From positions 3,156 to 67,155 of the forward strand of contig CABSJA010000003.1 of the NCBI GenBank assembly GCA_902477915.1: DNA of 64,000 bases, written 5' to 3'. The DNA comes from an uncultured Veillonella sp. (GTDB lineage Bacteria; Bacillota; Negativicutes; Veillonellales; Veillonellaceae). Each line of letters begins with the position of its first letter. The first letter of the stretch is position 1. The notes under the pieces were generated by a model that was not told the DNA's origin, ran no database searches, and saw only the letters and a program-made list of their open reading frames with translations. The translations under genes were made by a program, and so were the position numbers. Below, piece by piece: positions 19,401 to 30,373 of the stretch.

Positions 19401-21551
19401 TTAAATGTGCATTACACGATCTTTGATTTCTTTCGTACGACCTTCGTTCCAGAAGTTTTCACCCAAATAACCACAAGTACGACGAATAACAGTTAATTTA
19501 TCGCGGTTTGTATTGTGGCAACGTGGGCATTCCCATTCATTATTCTCGTTTACCTTAATTTCACCATCAAAACCACATTCGTGACAATAGTCAGACTTGG
19601 TATTGAATTCAGCATAAGAAATATGATCATAAATATATTGAATCATAGTCAAAACAGCTGGGATATTGTTAGTCATATTCGGAATTTCCGCATAGGAAAT
19701 ACAACCGCCGGTCGATTTCTTTTGGAATTCAGATTCAAAATTAAACTTATCAAATACATTGATTTCTTCACGAACATTAACGTGATAACTATTAGTGTAA
19801 TACCCTTTATCAGTAATATCTTCAATTACACCAAAGCGAGCACGATCGAGAGAAGAGAATCGATTTGTTAAGCTTTCAGCAGGTGTACCATATAAACCAA
19901 AGCCAAGATTATGTTTATCATGCCATAGATTGATAGCATCATTTAAACGATCCATAATTTTCATGGCGAATACACGACCTTTTTCACCTGTGTTAGACTC
20001 ACCAGTAATCAATCGAGTTGCTTCATAAATACCGATGTAGCCAAGAGAAATCGTTGCATAACCACCAGTAAGGAAGCGAGCGATTTTTTCTCCTTTTTTT
20101 AGGCGCGCAATAGCACCGTGTTGCCAATGAATTGGCGATACATCACTCACTACATCCTTTAATAAGTTGTAACGTAATAGTAATGCTTTTTCAGCTAATT
20201 CAAGACGTTTATCTAAAATTTCAAAGAATCTTTCTTCACTACCGCGAGCTAAGATGCCAATTTGAGGTAAGTTCAAACTTACAACGCCCATATTAAAGCG
20301 ACCATCAAATTTATAGTTCCCCTTTTCATCCTTCCAAGGAGATAAGAAAGAACGACATCCCATTGGGCTAAATACATTACCTTCATAGTTTTCCTTCATC
20401 TTCTTAGCGGAAATGTAATCTGGATACATGCGTTTAGCCGTACATTGTGCAGCAAGTTCAGTTAAATAGTAATATGGACTATCAGGCGTTACATTATGTT
20501 CATCAAGAACATAAATCAATTTAGGGAATGCTGGCGTAATATATACATCAGCTTCATTTTTTACACCCTTAATACGTTGGCGCAAGATCTCTTCTGTAAT
20601 AAGAGCAGCCTCTTTAGCGTATTCATAATCAGGTTTAAAATACATGAACAATGTAACAAATGGAGATTGACCATTTGTAGTCATCAATGTATTGATTTGA
20701 TATTGGATAGTTTGGATGCCATCCTTAACCTCTTTACGCGTACGTTTCCACGCAATTTCACGGGCTTTTTCCATATTTGGTTCCATCCCGTAAATCTCAA
20801 CTTGTTCTTCAATAACATTGTTAAGGATTTTTTCGTAAGATTTACGTACGAATGGCGCCAAAATGCGATCGATACCATTAATACTTTGACCGCCGTATTG
20901 ACCAGATGCAACTTGGGCAATAATTTGCGTTGTTACTGTACATGCAACTTGGAAGGATTTAGGTGTATCAATTTTCTTACCATTGATAACCGTACCATTT
21001 GTTAGCATATCTTCCAAATTGATCAAGCAACAGTTAAACATAGGTTGGATAATGTAATCCATATCATGGAAATGGATAGCACCACTATCATGGGCTTCTA
21101 AAATATCTGTAGGAATTAATTTACGGCGAGCGATATCCTTAGATACTTCACCAGCGATTAAATCACGTTGTGTAGATACAATGGCAGCATCCTTATTAGA
21201 ATTTTCATCGAGAACGCTAACATTACTGCGATCTAATAAACCGATTACATCATCATCAGTAGTATTTTGACGACGTTTAAAAGCTTGAACAGCTTTGTAA
21301 CCTTCATAGGCACGTGCCGTTGCAGGATTATGATACTCAATCAACTTATAATACACTTGATCTTCAATAGCATAAATTGTCATGTCTTTTTGGAGCTTTG
21401 TAGCATATTCTTCAATTTCATCAGCAATACGCTGTGCCAACCCCTCTTCGTACAACCCTGTACTACTATGCTCAGCTTTTTCTATAGCCAAAGCAATCTT
21501 ATTCTTATCAAATGGTACCTTTGTACCATCCCGTTTAATGACCTGCAACAT
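19401..21551 (-). CDS. nrdD: Class III anaerobic ribonucleoside-triphosphate reductase
   Basis: N-terminal ATP cone (VIKRDG), MGCRS, TPAESL, CxxC..CxxC, RRTCGYLG glycyl-radical motif. Confidence 0.97.
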   Translation of the reverse strand: MLQVIKRDGTKVPFDKNKIALAIEKAEHSSTGLYEEGLAQRIADEIEEYATKLQKDMTIYAIEDQVYYKLIEYHNPATARAYEGYKAVQAFKRRQNTTDDDVIGLLDRSNVSVLDENSNKDAAIVSTQRDLIAGEVSKDIARRKLIPTDILEAHDSGAIHFHDMDYIIQPMFNCCLINLEDMLTNGTVINGKKIDTPKSFQVACTVTTQIIAQVASGQYGGQSINGIDRILAPFVRKSYEKILNNVIEEQVEIYGMEPNMEKAREIAWKRTRKEVKDGIQTIQYQINTLMTTNGQSPFVTLFMYFKPDYEYAKEAALITEEILRQRIKGVKNEADVYITPAFPKLIYVLDEHNVTPDSPYYYLTELAAQCTAKRMYPDYISAKKMKENYEGNVFSPMGCRSFLSPWKDEKGNYKFDGRFNMGVVSLNLPQIGILARGSEERFFEILDKRLELAEKALLLRYNLLKDVVSDVSPIHWQHGAIARLKKGEKIARFLTGGYATISLGYIGIYEATRLITGESNTGEKGRVFAMKIMDRLNDAINLWHDKHNLGFGLYGTPAESLTNRFSSLDRARFGVIEDITDKGYYTNSYHVNVREEINVFDKFNFESEFQKKSTGGCISYAEIPNMTNNIPAVLTMIQYIYDHISYAEFNTKSDYCHECGFDGEIKVNENNEWECPRCHNTNRDKLTVIRRTCGYLGENFWNEGRTKEIKDRVMHI

Positions 21552-21690
21552 ATTGGCAACCTCCCCATTTTGTTACCGCTGAAATATATGTTAAGACATA
21601 GAAAAAAGTATGGAAAACCATACTTTTTATAAATTTATATGTAAAAATGTAAAGAATTATGACTAAACTCTCTATTTTTACCGCTAACTC

Positions 21691-21741
21691 AGTATACTAT
21701 ATATGGTGGTTGTTTTCAAGAACAAATACAATATAAAGTAA
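21691..21741 (-). promoter_or_regulatory. nrdD promoter with tandem NrdR boxes
   Basis: TTGAAA-17bp-TATACT (21719-21691); NrdR-like ATACTATATATGGTGG at 21694 and ATACAATATAAAGTAA at 21726, starts 32 bp apart. Confidence 0.7.
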
Positions 21742-21795
21742 AAATAGGCTCTTTTAGCCATGCCAATACAGCATGAATAAAAGAACCTATATAAA

Positions 21796-22599
21796 TTATA
21801 ATGTAAAACCAAATAGACGTGTCAAGAAATTGGATTTTTGACCTACCCAACTAGAAGGAACCGCTGGATAGAATGTGCGATCAGCTAAAAGATCGCGTTC
21901 ATTGAGATGAATATTCGGCAACAAATCTTTTTTGTACGTACTATCTAATTTAGAAATAGCTTCTACGTAGCCTTGATGTGCTTGTACATCACTTTCATTA
22001 CAGTAACCAGTACCAAAGAAGTGAATTAGACCATTGCGATATAATTCAATAGCCCTATGATAGTTAGCATTGCTATGATTAAAGGAAGCCATATTACATT
22101 GAATTAGTATCCCTTTATCTACCCATTCCAACAATTGCTCTGGTTTAGTAAACAATTGACGATGTGTCTCTACTTCACTAATGATAGGAACAATCCCCAT
22201 ATTAAGCAAAGCTAGCAACCATGCATTAATGTGATGGACTTTGCTATTTTCAGGAATGGACACTAACATAAAATGGCTATTTCCCAATAGATATTGATTG
22301 CGATGAGAAGCAATATATTCAATCATTTCATCACAAAGCAAAACTCGAGCACCACCATGAATAGTTACATCCACTTGTTGTTCCCCTACAGCAAGCTTCA
22401 CATCATTCAATGTTGTTTCCATCTCATCCCATGTATTCATATCCATAGATACGGTTACATCAGGTGTACTAAAAATATCTGTAATACCTTGTTCAGCCAA
22501 AGATTTTATCATTTTTACTGATTCTGCCATTGTTTGTGGCCCTTGAGGCCCTAACACAGCTGGCAAAATGCAACCATGTAAGTCAACCACGCGATTCAT
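21796..22599 (-). CDS. CpsB/YwqE-like PHP-fold tyrosine phosphatase homologue, catalytically degenerate
   Basis: Collinear with CpsB (VDLH..ILP, GI..I.STP, GIVPII, G.LIQCN, GLIHF), but most metal ligands are substituted. Confidence 0.8.
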   Translation of the reverse strand: MNRVVDLHGCILPAVLGPQGPQTMAESVKMIKSLAEQGITDIFSTPDVTVSMDMNTWDEMETTLNDVKLAVGEQQVDVTIHGGARVLLCDEMIEYIASHRNQYLLGNSHFMLVSIPENSKVHHINAWLLALLNMGIVPIISEVETHRQLFTKPEQLLEWVDKGILIQCNMASFNHSNANYHRAIELYRNGLIHFFGTGYCNESDVQAHQGYVEAISKLDSTYKKDLLPNIHLNERDLLADRTFYPAVPSSWVGQKSNFLTRLFGFTL

Positions 22600-22799
22600 A
22601 TTCTTTCCCTTCTACTTACGATAATCCCTTACAGAAATCGTTCTCTTTATAAAGTTCATGTTTATCTCATTTATTTTTCATTTTCTATTCATGATTATAT
22701 CAAGGGAAAAGTGGCTTGTACAGTGGTTTTTATATAAAAATAGATAAATTATAATATGTTCATTTAATATATTTTTTATATTTTCATGTTATCTTCATT

Positions 22800-22838
22800 A
22801 AAAATACCTCATAATCGCTAAGATTATGAGGTATTTTT
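22800..22838 (-). terminator. Terminator ending the polysaccharide operon
   Basis: AAAAATACCTCATAATC...GATTATGAGGTATTTTT. Confidence 0.85.
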
Positions 22839-22862
22839 ACATATTTGTATATTATTAACAAT

Positions 22863-23309
22863 TTAATTTTTAAATGTACTTCGTTTATACCTGATGTAAT
22901 GAACTAGCTTCACTACTAGAATACCAATAACAACACCAACAGTATCAATCAAAATATCAGAAATCTGAGAGCTACGCCCTGGTGAAAACAATTGTATAAA
23001 TTCATCAAGACTAGCTATCAACATGCCTAAACCTATGGTCTTTATTACGGTACCGTATGTAATATATCGACGTAGAATCGTATATAAAACACCACCAAGG
23101 ATTGTAAACTCTGTAAGATGGGCTAACTTTCGAACAATCCTATTCAAGGTCCATATATTTCCATGAAAGCCTAACTTATTTACTATAGGAGCAAAGGTCT
23201 CTGCAAAGAGCAAGCTAAATCCATCTGAAGATCCGCCATTTTGCATCGAATTATCCCATATAAAAAATACAATTAGACCTAATAGAATATATAGTATCCA
23301 ACGTTTCAT
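22863..23309 (-). CDS. VanZ-like membrane protein
   Basis: RKLAHLTEF, DEFIQLFSPGRSSQISDILIDT. Confidence 0.9.
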   Translation of the reverse strand: MKRWILYILLGLIVFFIWDNSMQNGGSSDGFSLLFAETFAPIVNKLGFHGNIWTLNRIVRKLAHLTEFTILGGVLYTILRRYITYGTVIKTIGLGMLIASLDEFIQLFSPGRSSQISDILIDTVGVVIGILVVKLVHYIRYKRSTFKN

Positions 23310-23343
23310 ATTACTCTCCTAAACGCCATAATACATATCTATC

Positions 23344-24510
23344 TTAATCGCGGTCAAAAATATCTCTTGTATAAACTTTATCCTTCACATCTTCTAAGCT
23401 CTTATCCCAACGATTAGCGACTATAACGTCACTAACACGTTTAAAATCTTCAAAGTTGCGAATAACAGGTGAATTAAAGAAATCTTCTGCATCAAGAGTC
23501 GGTTCATAAACAACTACGGCAATACCCTTTGCCTTGATACGCTTCATTACACCTTGAATTGCAGATGCTCTAAAGTTATCAGAGTTCATTTTCATCGTCA
23601 AGCGATAAATGCCAACAATTTTTGGATTCTTCCCTATAATAACATCTGCTACATGGTCTTTACGAGTTCTATTAGCATCCACAATAGCAGAGATTAAATT
23701 TTGTGGAACATCATTATAGTTAGCTAATAATTGCTTAGTATCTTTTGGCAAACAATACCCACCATAACCAAAGGATGGATTATTATAGAAGTCTCCAATA
23801 CGAGGATCTAAACAAACGCCATTGATGATTTGGCTTGTATTAAGGCCACGAACCTCAGCATAAGAATCTAACTCATTAAAGTATGCAACGCGCAATGCCA
23901 AATACGTATTAGCAAATAATTTAATCGCTTCTGCTTCCGTAGAGTCTGTATATAATTGAGGTACATGTTCCTTAATAGCACCATCAGCTAATAGTTGTCC
24001 AAAACGGCGGGCCCGTTCAGAGTCTTCCCCTACCACAATACGAGAAGGATGTAAATTATCATATAAAGCTTTACCTTCGCGTAAGAACTCTGGAGAGAAT
24101 ATCAAGTTCTCTGTATTAAATTCCTTACGCATTTGAACGGTGTACCCAACTGGCACAGTGGACTTAATAATCATAACAGCATCTGGATTAATATCTAATA
24201 CTGTTTTAATAACTTGTTCTACAGAAGAGGTATCAAAAAAGTTCTTTTGAGGATCGTAGTTAGTAGGCGTTGAAATAATAACATACTCAGCACCTTTAAA
24301 AGCTTCTACAGGATCTAATGTAGCTTTAAAGTTTAACTTCTTAGTAGCTAAATACTCCTGCAATTCCGCATCTACAATAGGCGACTCTTTGCGATTTAGC
24401 ATTTCAACCTTTTCAGGGATAATATCGAGGGCCACCACTTCATTATGTTGTGCTAATAAAACACCGTTTGAAAGGCCTACATAGCCTGTACCAGCAATTG
24501 CAATCTTCAT
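23344..24510 (-). CDS. ugd: UDP-glucose 6-dehydrogenase
   Basis: [29 protein letters not shown]. Confidence 0.96.
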   Translation of the reverse strand: MKIAIAGTGYVGLSNGVLLAQHNEVVALDIIPEKVEMLNRKESPIVDAELQEYLATKKLNFKATLDPVEAFKGAEYVIISTPTNYDPQKNFFDTSSVEQVIKTVLDINPDAVMIIKSTVPVGYTVQMRKEFNTENLIFSPEFLREGKALYDNLHPSRIVVGEDSERARRFGQLLADGAIKEHVPQLYTDSTEAEAIKLFANTYLALRVAYFNELDSYAEVRGLNTSQIINGVCLDPRIGDFYNNPSFGYGGYCLPKDTKQLLANYNDVPQNLISAIVDANRTRKDHVADVIIGKNPKIVGIYRLTMKMNSDNFRASAIQGVMKRIKAKGIAVVVYEPTLDAEDFFNSPVIRNFEDFKRVSDVIVANRWDKSLEDVKDKVYTRDIFDRD

Positions 24511-25608
24511 TTATTTGCCCTCCGTCATGTAAAACTCTTTATACCATATAGCAAATTTCCGTAACCCTTCACGTAAAGATATATTTGGCTTGAATCCAAA
24601 ATCTTCTTCTAGAGCACTTGTATCTGCATAGGTAACAGGTACATCGCCTGGTTGCATCGCCACTAAGTCTTTATGTTCTTCAAAATTATAATCCTCTGGT
24701 AATACGCCCGCAGCAACTAATTCTTCAGATAGAATACGCACAAAATCAAGTAAATTTTCAGGATGACTATTACCAATATTATAAATAGCATACGGAGGAA
24801 CCGGTAAACCATCGGCACCGTTGCGACGTTCTGGAGCCGCACACATGACCTTAGATACGCCCTCTACTATATCATCGATATAGGTAAAGTCACGTTTACA
24901 GTTACCATAGTTAAAGATTTTTATGGTCCCGCCACTACGCAATGTATTAGTAAAACCAAAGTATGCCATATCTGGACGACCTGCTGGACCGTACACAGTG
25001 AAGAAACGAAGCCCTGTACTAGGAATGTTATATAACTTGGCATAAGAATAAGCCAATAATTCATTTGATTTTTTAGTAGCCGCATACAGAGAAACTGGGT
25101 TATCTACTTTATGCTCTGTAGAGTATGGGATTTGTTTATTCGCACCGTATACGGAAGAAGATGATGCATAGACTAAATGCTCTACTCCACTTTCACCGTT
25201 ATCATACGAATGACGACAAGCCTCTAATATATTGTAGAAACCAATAATATTAGACTCGATATAAGCATCTGGGTTTGTAATAGAGTAACGAACACCAGCT
25301 TGTGCTGCTAAGTTAACAACAACACGTGGTTTATAAGTAGAAAAGATTTCTTCAATAAAAGCCTTATCTGCAATATTACCTTTTTTAAAGATCCACGTAT
25401 TTTTATTATCTTTGCTCATCTCATCAATTTGTTGCAAACGATAATCCTTTAAAGCCACGTCATAGTAATCATTAACAGAATCTATGCCGATAATTTGAGT
25501 TCCTTCTGCTTCAGATAAAAGGGACATAACAAGATTAGCCCCTACAAATCCAGCGGCTCCCGTTACTAGGATCACCGTATTGTTTAAATCTACATTTTTT
25601 GAAAGCAT
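24511..25608 (-). CDS. UDP-glucuronate 4-epimerase-like SDR (CapI family)
   Basis: TGAAGFVG, LAAQAGVRYS, YAATKK, GRPDMAYF, QPGDV. Confidence 0.88.
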   Translation of the reverse strand: MLSKNVDLNNTVILVTGAAGFVGANLVMSLLSEAEGTQIIGIDSVNDYYDVALKDYRLQQIDEMSKDNKNTWIFKKGNIADKAFIEEIFSTYKPRVVVNLAAQAGVRYSITNPDAYIESNIIGFYNILEACRHSYDNGESGVEHLVYASSSSVYGANKQIPYSTEHKVDNPVSLYAATKKSNELLAYSYAKLYNIPSTGLRFFTVYGPAGRPDMAYFGFTNTLRSGGTIKIFNYGNCKRDFTYIDDIVEGVSKVMCAAPERRNGADGLPVPPYAIYNIGNSHPENLLDFVRILSEELVAAGVLPEDYNFEEHKDLVAMQPGDVPVTYADTSALEEDFGFKPNISLREGLRKFAIWYKEFYMTEGK

Positions 25609-25634
25609 ATGTACTCCTTTCATAGTTCTGTTAA

Positions 25635-27086
25635 TTATGAGCGTCTTACTTTACGTAACACTTTATTAACGCCAGAAGTAATAATGGTACGCTCAGATGG
25701 AATGATACATAAAATAACCACATATAGTATTACGCATAACATCATACAAGCTATAGTCCACCACACCGCATCATATATATGTAAAACACTATACGCAATA
25801 GCGCCAACAATAGATGCGGTAATTAGATATACACCTATATTAGTAATCACCCGAAGAGCACTCATATGTATAAATAATGCTAAGAAAATCATGGCAACCA
25901 TTAACATTTCCATGCGTACTATTGAGCGAGCATAGACAAATGTACTAAAGTCATACTGAATACAAATATAAATTACAGGTATTAATACAACTAAGTGCAA
26001 TATTTGAGTCCAGAATGATAAATTAGGAACTCCTTTTGCACGGAATACTTCAGAAATCAAATTCGCTGTTACTGTCATAATAGCGGAACTCAAGGCCCAA
26101 GATCCCAATACAATACCTGCCAATTTCCATTGTGGTCCCAATAAGAGATCAACAATAAAGTCTTGGAATACAAACAATCCTATTCCTATAGGCACTAAGA
26201 ATAGAGCCATATAGCGTTGGAAGGTAAAGAATGTATTTGAAAATGCTTGTTGATCATTCTGAACTCGACTTAAGGCTGCAAATAATACAGGTGCCAAGGA
26301 TGAAGTAGCCATGGCCATAACAGTCGTTACAATAGCCATAGGCATTTTGTATATTCCTAAATAATAGGCGTCTAAAAAGCGACTAATAATGAAGGTATCC
26401 ACCCACGCTGTAAGCCAGATGGAAAATGCTTCAGCTAGTGACCATGCACTATAGCTGAACATCTTCATAAAGACCTGCCCACTAAAGAATAAATGGATTT
26501 GATTCTTCCTGCTCTTTAATAAGGCTAAAGCCGTGAACAACTGAGCCCCTAACATACCGGCGATTAACGACCAATAGTCATAGCCCATGAGTGCCATAGG
26601 TATGGATATCAATATAGGCGTTAGAATTGTAATGAGCCGAATATTAAGAAGAAACTTGAAATTAAAATCCCGTCGATATAGTGCCATCTGTACACTGCTA
26701 AAAGCAGATAGCGGAATCATGGCCCCCATTACAGCTAACGGTATACCTAAACCATCATTACCGACCAATATAGCCAACTCATCACGACCGATTATAATAG
26801 CCCCCCATAAGAGTAAAGAAAGCACTAAGTTGGCAATAAAAGCTACATCTGTAGCCTCCTGTTTTTCTTTATCACTTTCAAACTCATGCTGTACAAGAAA
26901 CTTTTGGAATCCTGCATCAGCAAGCATCTCTGCAAAGGATATAACCATCATAATCGTTGCCAATATACCAAATGCCGTAGGCGCTAGCATATGGGCCAAT
27001 ATTATATTTGTTAGTGGTGTAATAAGCTTTGCTAAAACCTCTGTTATAACAGACCATTTAGCAGCAGCTACTATTTTAGTATCCAT
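25635..27086 (-). CDS. wzx: Wzx flippase
   Basis: About 12-14 TM helices; LAHMLAPTAFG PST-family N-terminus. Confidence 0.9.
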   Translation of the reverse strand: MDTKIVAAAKWSVITEVLAKLITPLTNIILAHMLAPTAFGILATIMMVISFAEMLADAGFQKFLVQHEFESDKEKQEATDVAFIANLVLSLLLWGAIIIGRDELAILVGNDGLGIPLAVMGAMIPLSAFSSVQMALYRRDFNFKFLLNIRLITILTPILISIPMALMGYDYWSLIAGMLGAQLFTALALLKSRKNQIHLFFSGQVFMKMFSYSAWSLAEAFSIWLTAWVDTFIISRFLDAYYLGIYKMPMAIVTTVMAMATSSLAPVLFAALSRVQNDQQAFSNTFFTFQRYMALFLVPIGIGLFVFQDFIVDLLLGPQWKLAGIVLGSWALSSAIMTVTANLISEVFRAKGVPNLSFWTQILHLVVLIPVIYICIQYDFSTFVYARSIVRMEMLMVAMIFLALFIHMSALRVITNIGVYLITASIVGAIAYSVLHIYDAVWWTIACMMLCVILYVVILCIIPSERTIITSGVNKVLRKVRRS

Positions 27087-28225
27087 TATTTTTTATTGAT
27101 ATTCTTAATGCCCCGCAAGAATAATTCATGGTGAGCTTCACATTCTAAGTAATTTTGAATTGCTAAATAACTTGTTTTTCCTAATAGGAGTTGCATTAAT
27201 TTTCTACCAAATAATGCATTGATTGCACGTATAATAAATGATCTACCGATAAATTCACGTAAATAACGCTTTACATGTGTATCCGCAAAATCTTTATAGG
27301 CTTGTACTACAAAATGAGCATCTCTAATGTGTTCACTTCGTTGTTTATAGGCTGTCAAAGTTTCATCTGCTTCTGACTCAGTAGCTAAACGCGTTCCCAG
27401 TTCCGTACTACGAATTGGCACTTCAGATACAATAAAGGTATCCTTTGTAGCCTCTACACTGATTAATAAGGAATCTTTTATAAACTCCTTATGATGTATA
27501 TAGGATTCGGAGTTAAAGATAAAGTTACCTTGGCCATAAATAATAGTCCCCTTACCATAGTCCTCACGAGAACCTATACAATGACTATGTTGGCAAATTA
27601 CAAGGTCTGCCCCTTTATCAACAAATTTTCTGCAATATCTTTGTAACATTGGCGATGGATAGCGATAAAACTCCTTCCCACCATGATATAGGACGATAAC
27701 ATAATCACAAGTTTTCTTTAAAGCTTCTACATCATCAAAGCTCTCTAATACATCAAATGGATTAGCCCCCATTGTATGACAAGAAGCAACGGTAAACTCA
27801 TGTTCTGCACATAGGTAAAATCCTATACGTATACCTTCTTTTTCAAAGATAAATGGCTTTTTAGCTTCCTTTACATTAGTACCAGCACCTGCATTTTTAA
27901 TATCATGCTTTTTTAATAGCTCTAATGTAGTTGTTAACCCTTCTACTCCATGATCTAAGCAATGATTATTAGCCAGTGTTAAAAATATAGGCTCTAAAGC
28001 TTTATATCCGTAAATTGTTTTTGTGGGCGACTTTAAATTATTACCAAATTTATCAATCGGTGTAGATGCATCAGTTAAGGGCACCTCTAGATTAAACACA
28101 TTTAAATCAGATTGATTAAAGAGGCCTAACAATTCTTTACCAACTAAAGCTTCTACATTACCAGTTTCAAATAATTCTCTGTTTATATCCGTAGGGACAA
28201 AATCAGCCCCGATGTACAGTTTCAA
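27086..28225 (-). CDS. CapA/PgsA-family metallophosphoesterase-fold protein
   Basis: GADF, NLEVP, LANNHCLDHG, YHGGKE, QHSH, YGQGNFIF; probable TTG start at 28225. Confidence 0.85.
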   Translation of the reverse strand: MKLYIGADFVPTDINRELFETGNVEALVGKELLGLFNQSDLNVFNLEVPLTDASTPIDKFGNNLKSPTKTIYGYKALEPIFLTLANNHCLDHGVEGLTTTLELLKKHDIKNAGAGTNVKEAKKPFIFEKEGIRIGFYLCAEHEFTVASCHTMGANPFDVLESFDDVEALKKTCDYVIVLYHGGKEFYRYPSPMLQRYCRKFVDKGADLVICQHSHCIGSREDYGKGTIIYGQGNFIFNSESYIHHKEFIKDSLLISVEATKDTFIVSEVPIRSTELGTRLATESEADETLTAYKQRSEHIRDAHFVVQAYKDFADTHVKRYLREFIGRSFIIRAINALFGRKLMQLLLGKTSYLAIQNYLECEAHHELFLRGIKNINKK

Positions 28226-29135
28226 GGTGTAACCACTCTCCCAATTCATAATCTTTTGTCATAGGACGAAACTTTTCTAATCCTGCACCAGGGAAGAACG
28301 TTAACTCTCCAATATACAGTCGTCCCTTTATTTCATAGAAATCAACACGTAAAAACGGACAATCCTTACTTAGCTCAGCTGTGAGACGTTTCATCTCCTC
28401 ATACGTAGCTGGCTTCGGAAACTCCGTAGGTAATGGAGGATAATGACCAAAATGAATCCCCATAGGCTCCCAATCAATATTATAGAAGTTCATACGCGTT
28501 CCAGTCTTTGAAAAGCGATCTGAACATACTACAGTTAACTTTGGTTCTCCATGGAAGGAATACATCTTATAGTCTAATAAATCATCATTGCCCAATTCAG
28601 AAATATATTCTTCTGCTATAATACGACGCGGTACATTCTGATAAGCCCATTCTCTGGCAATTTTAGAATAATCACGTTTTAGAGATGCTCTTAACTTTGC
28701 TTTAGCTGCCTCTCGATCAAGGGATGACTTATCTTTACAAATAACGATGCCCCCACTATCATGTGTACACTTCAACACAAATTGATTAGGCAATGCATCA
28801 AAGTCGATATCCTCTACGGAATCCCAAACAGCCAGTGTGGGAATTATATATTGATCGCCTACACGGTGAGCAATAAAATTTTTAGCCTCATGCTTATCTA
28901 CCATTACTGTTTGTATAGGCTCTCTATAATTAACCTTTAGCCATTGTAACTTTTCGCTGAAAGTTTTTGGATTCTCTAAGTCTAAAGGATATCCCATGTA
29001 TTTAGGAAATACCTTCTTTAAAAACTCTTCATCCGATAAAGAGTCATAATAACCCAATTTAATCAATACTCGCGTGCGATAGTAAGGTTTTGTTAAAAAG
29101 GACATGCCAACTTTACACAATTTGCTGAGCTTCAT
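28203..29135 (-). CDS. TupA-like ATP-grasp amidoligase
   Basis: NPKTFSEKLQWLK, DKHEAK, FVLKCTHDSG, IIAEEYI, DYK, RVDFY, GELTFFPGAG. Confidence 0.9.
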   Translation of the reverse strand: MKLSKLCKVGMSFLTKPYYRTRVLIKLGYYDSLSDEEFLKKVFPKYMGYPLDLENPKTFSEKLQWLKVNYREPIQTVMVDKHEAKNFIAHRVGDQYIIPTLAVWDSVEDIDFDALPNQFVLKCTHDSGGIVICKDKSSLDREAAKAKLRASLKRDYSKIAREWAYQNVPRRIIAEEYISELGNDDLLDYKMYSFHGEPKLTVVCSDRFSKTGTRMNFYNIDWEPMGIHFGHYPPLPTEFPKPATYEEMKRLTAELSKDCPFLRVDFYEIKGRLYIGELTFFPGAGLEKFRPMTKDYELGEWLHLETVHRG

Positions 29136-30354
29136 TTTTACGTCCTTTCCGAAGCAATTGCACCTCTAAATAAAACATCATCATATAAAAATATGTACTC
29201 TTACTTTCATAAGAAACCATGCCCATATCCATAACGATTTGAGAAAGGAACAAAATCAGTACCATTACGTATTCATTACTATGAAAGTTCCGATAACGAA
29301 TTAAGTTATAGGCAATGTATATATACATTGAGTAATATGCCAATAAGCCGATTACGCCTGTACCCGCTAATAATTCAATATAGTTATTATGTAAATAATA
29401 GTTCTCTTTACCATATAAAAAATAGGTAAGTACAGAGGGATTATTTACACCCACCCCAGTTATGGGCGATTGATAAAATAAATCCCATCCTATATCAACC
29501 AAGGCTAAACGAATAATGGTAGATGAATCACCACCAGTACCGGAGAAAGCATCCACCATACTCGACATACGCTCCAGAACCTCTGAAAACATAGGTAATT
29601 GTAGAACTGCAATACCAATGATAGTAAGAGCTAACAATGAGCCAATAATCTTCGCAATAGAATTTACTACATTGGCACTACGTAAACTTTTAAATACAAA
29701 TAGCAATACTGTACCAACAACAACAAATACTAAAGCTTTACGACTGCCGGTAGCTGCTAGAATCCCCAATGTAGGTAAGGCTATAATATTCCACCAACGA
29801 GGTCGATCGTACAGCATGTAATACAATGTCATAACGATAGCATTGGCACCTAATAGACCGACTGTATTCGCATTTAATGCATCATTGGCAATACGTGCAG
29901 AAGATGACAAGACCGTAATAAAGTAATCTAAACCATAGAAATATACTGTGTAAAAACAAACTATATAACCGGTCCACATACCGATTTTTAATAATGTGTC
30001 CACCGATTTTTTATCTTGATAACACATGTATAAAATGATAAGCATAAAGAATATCTTAACGATATCAAAACTTCGACTAAGTGCTACAGATGGCTCAATA
30101 GCATTAATAGTACTCAGATAACAGGCTCCAATAAAGAGCAGCATATAACCATGCATCCAAGTAAGCCTAAATTTTATAACTCCACGCTCTCGTATGAGAT
30201 AAAAAATAATAAGACCAAATAGGCATACAAATAATACATAGGCACCATAATTCGCATCGCCAAGGGCAAAGGAAATGGTCAACGACAACACTAAAAAAAT
30301 TAGAGTTATGAACCATATCATGCGGTCAGCAATAGCCGTTATATTTAACTTCAA
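29113..30354 (-). CDS. wzy: Wzy polymerase / O-antigen ligase family
   Basis: Multi-TM; NANTVG, TGSRK, R...GVG...HNNYIELLAGTGVIG. Confidence 0.85.
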   Translation of the reverse strand: MKLNITAIADRMIWFITLIFLVLSLTISFALGDANYGAYVLFVCLFGLIIFYLIRERGVIKFRLTWMHGYMLLFIGACYLSTINAIEPSVALSRSFDIVKIFFMLIILYMCYQDKKSVDTLLKIGMWTGYIVCFYTVYFYGLDYFITVLSSSARIANDALNANTVGLLGANAIVMTLYYMLYDRPRWWNIIALPTLGILAATGSRKALVFVVVGTVLLFVFKSLRSANVVNSIAKIIGSLLALTIIGIAVLQLPMFSEVLERMSSMVDAFSGTGGDSSTIIRLALVDIGWDLFYQSPITGVGVNNPSVLTYFLYGKENYYLHNNYIELLAGTGVIGLLAYYSMYIYIAYNLIRYRNFHSNEYVMVLILFLSQIVMDMGMVSYESKSTYFYMMMFYLEVQLLRKGRKNEAQQIV

Positions 30355-30373
30355 TGGTTCTCCTCCTTACAAC

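Noticed and set aside
22863..23309. VanZ as a glycopeptide resistance determinant
   Set aside because: No van cluster is present; VanZ-like genes are common passengers in polysaccharide loci
27086..28225. Poly-gamma-glutamate capsule synthesis
   Set aside because: No CapB/CapC (PgsB/PgsC) synthetase genes in the window; only the CapA fold
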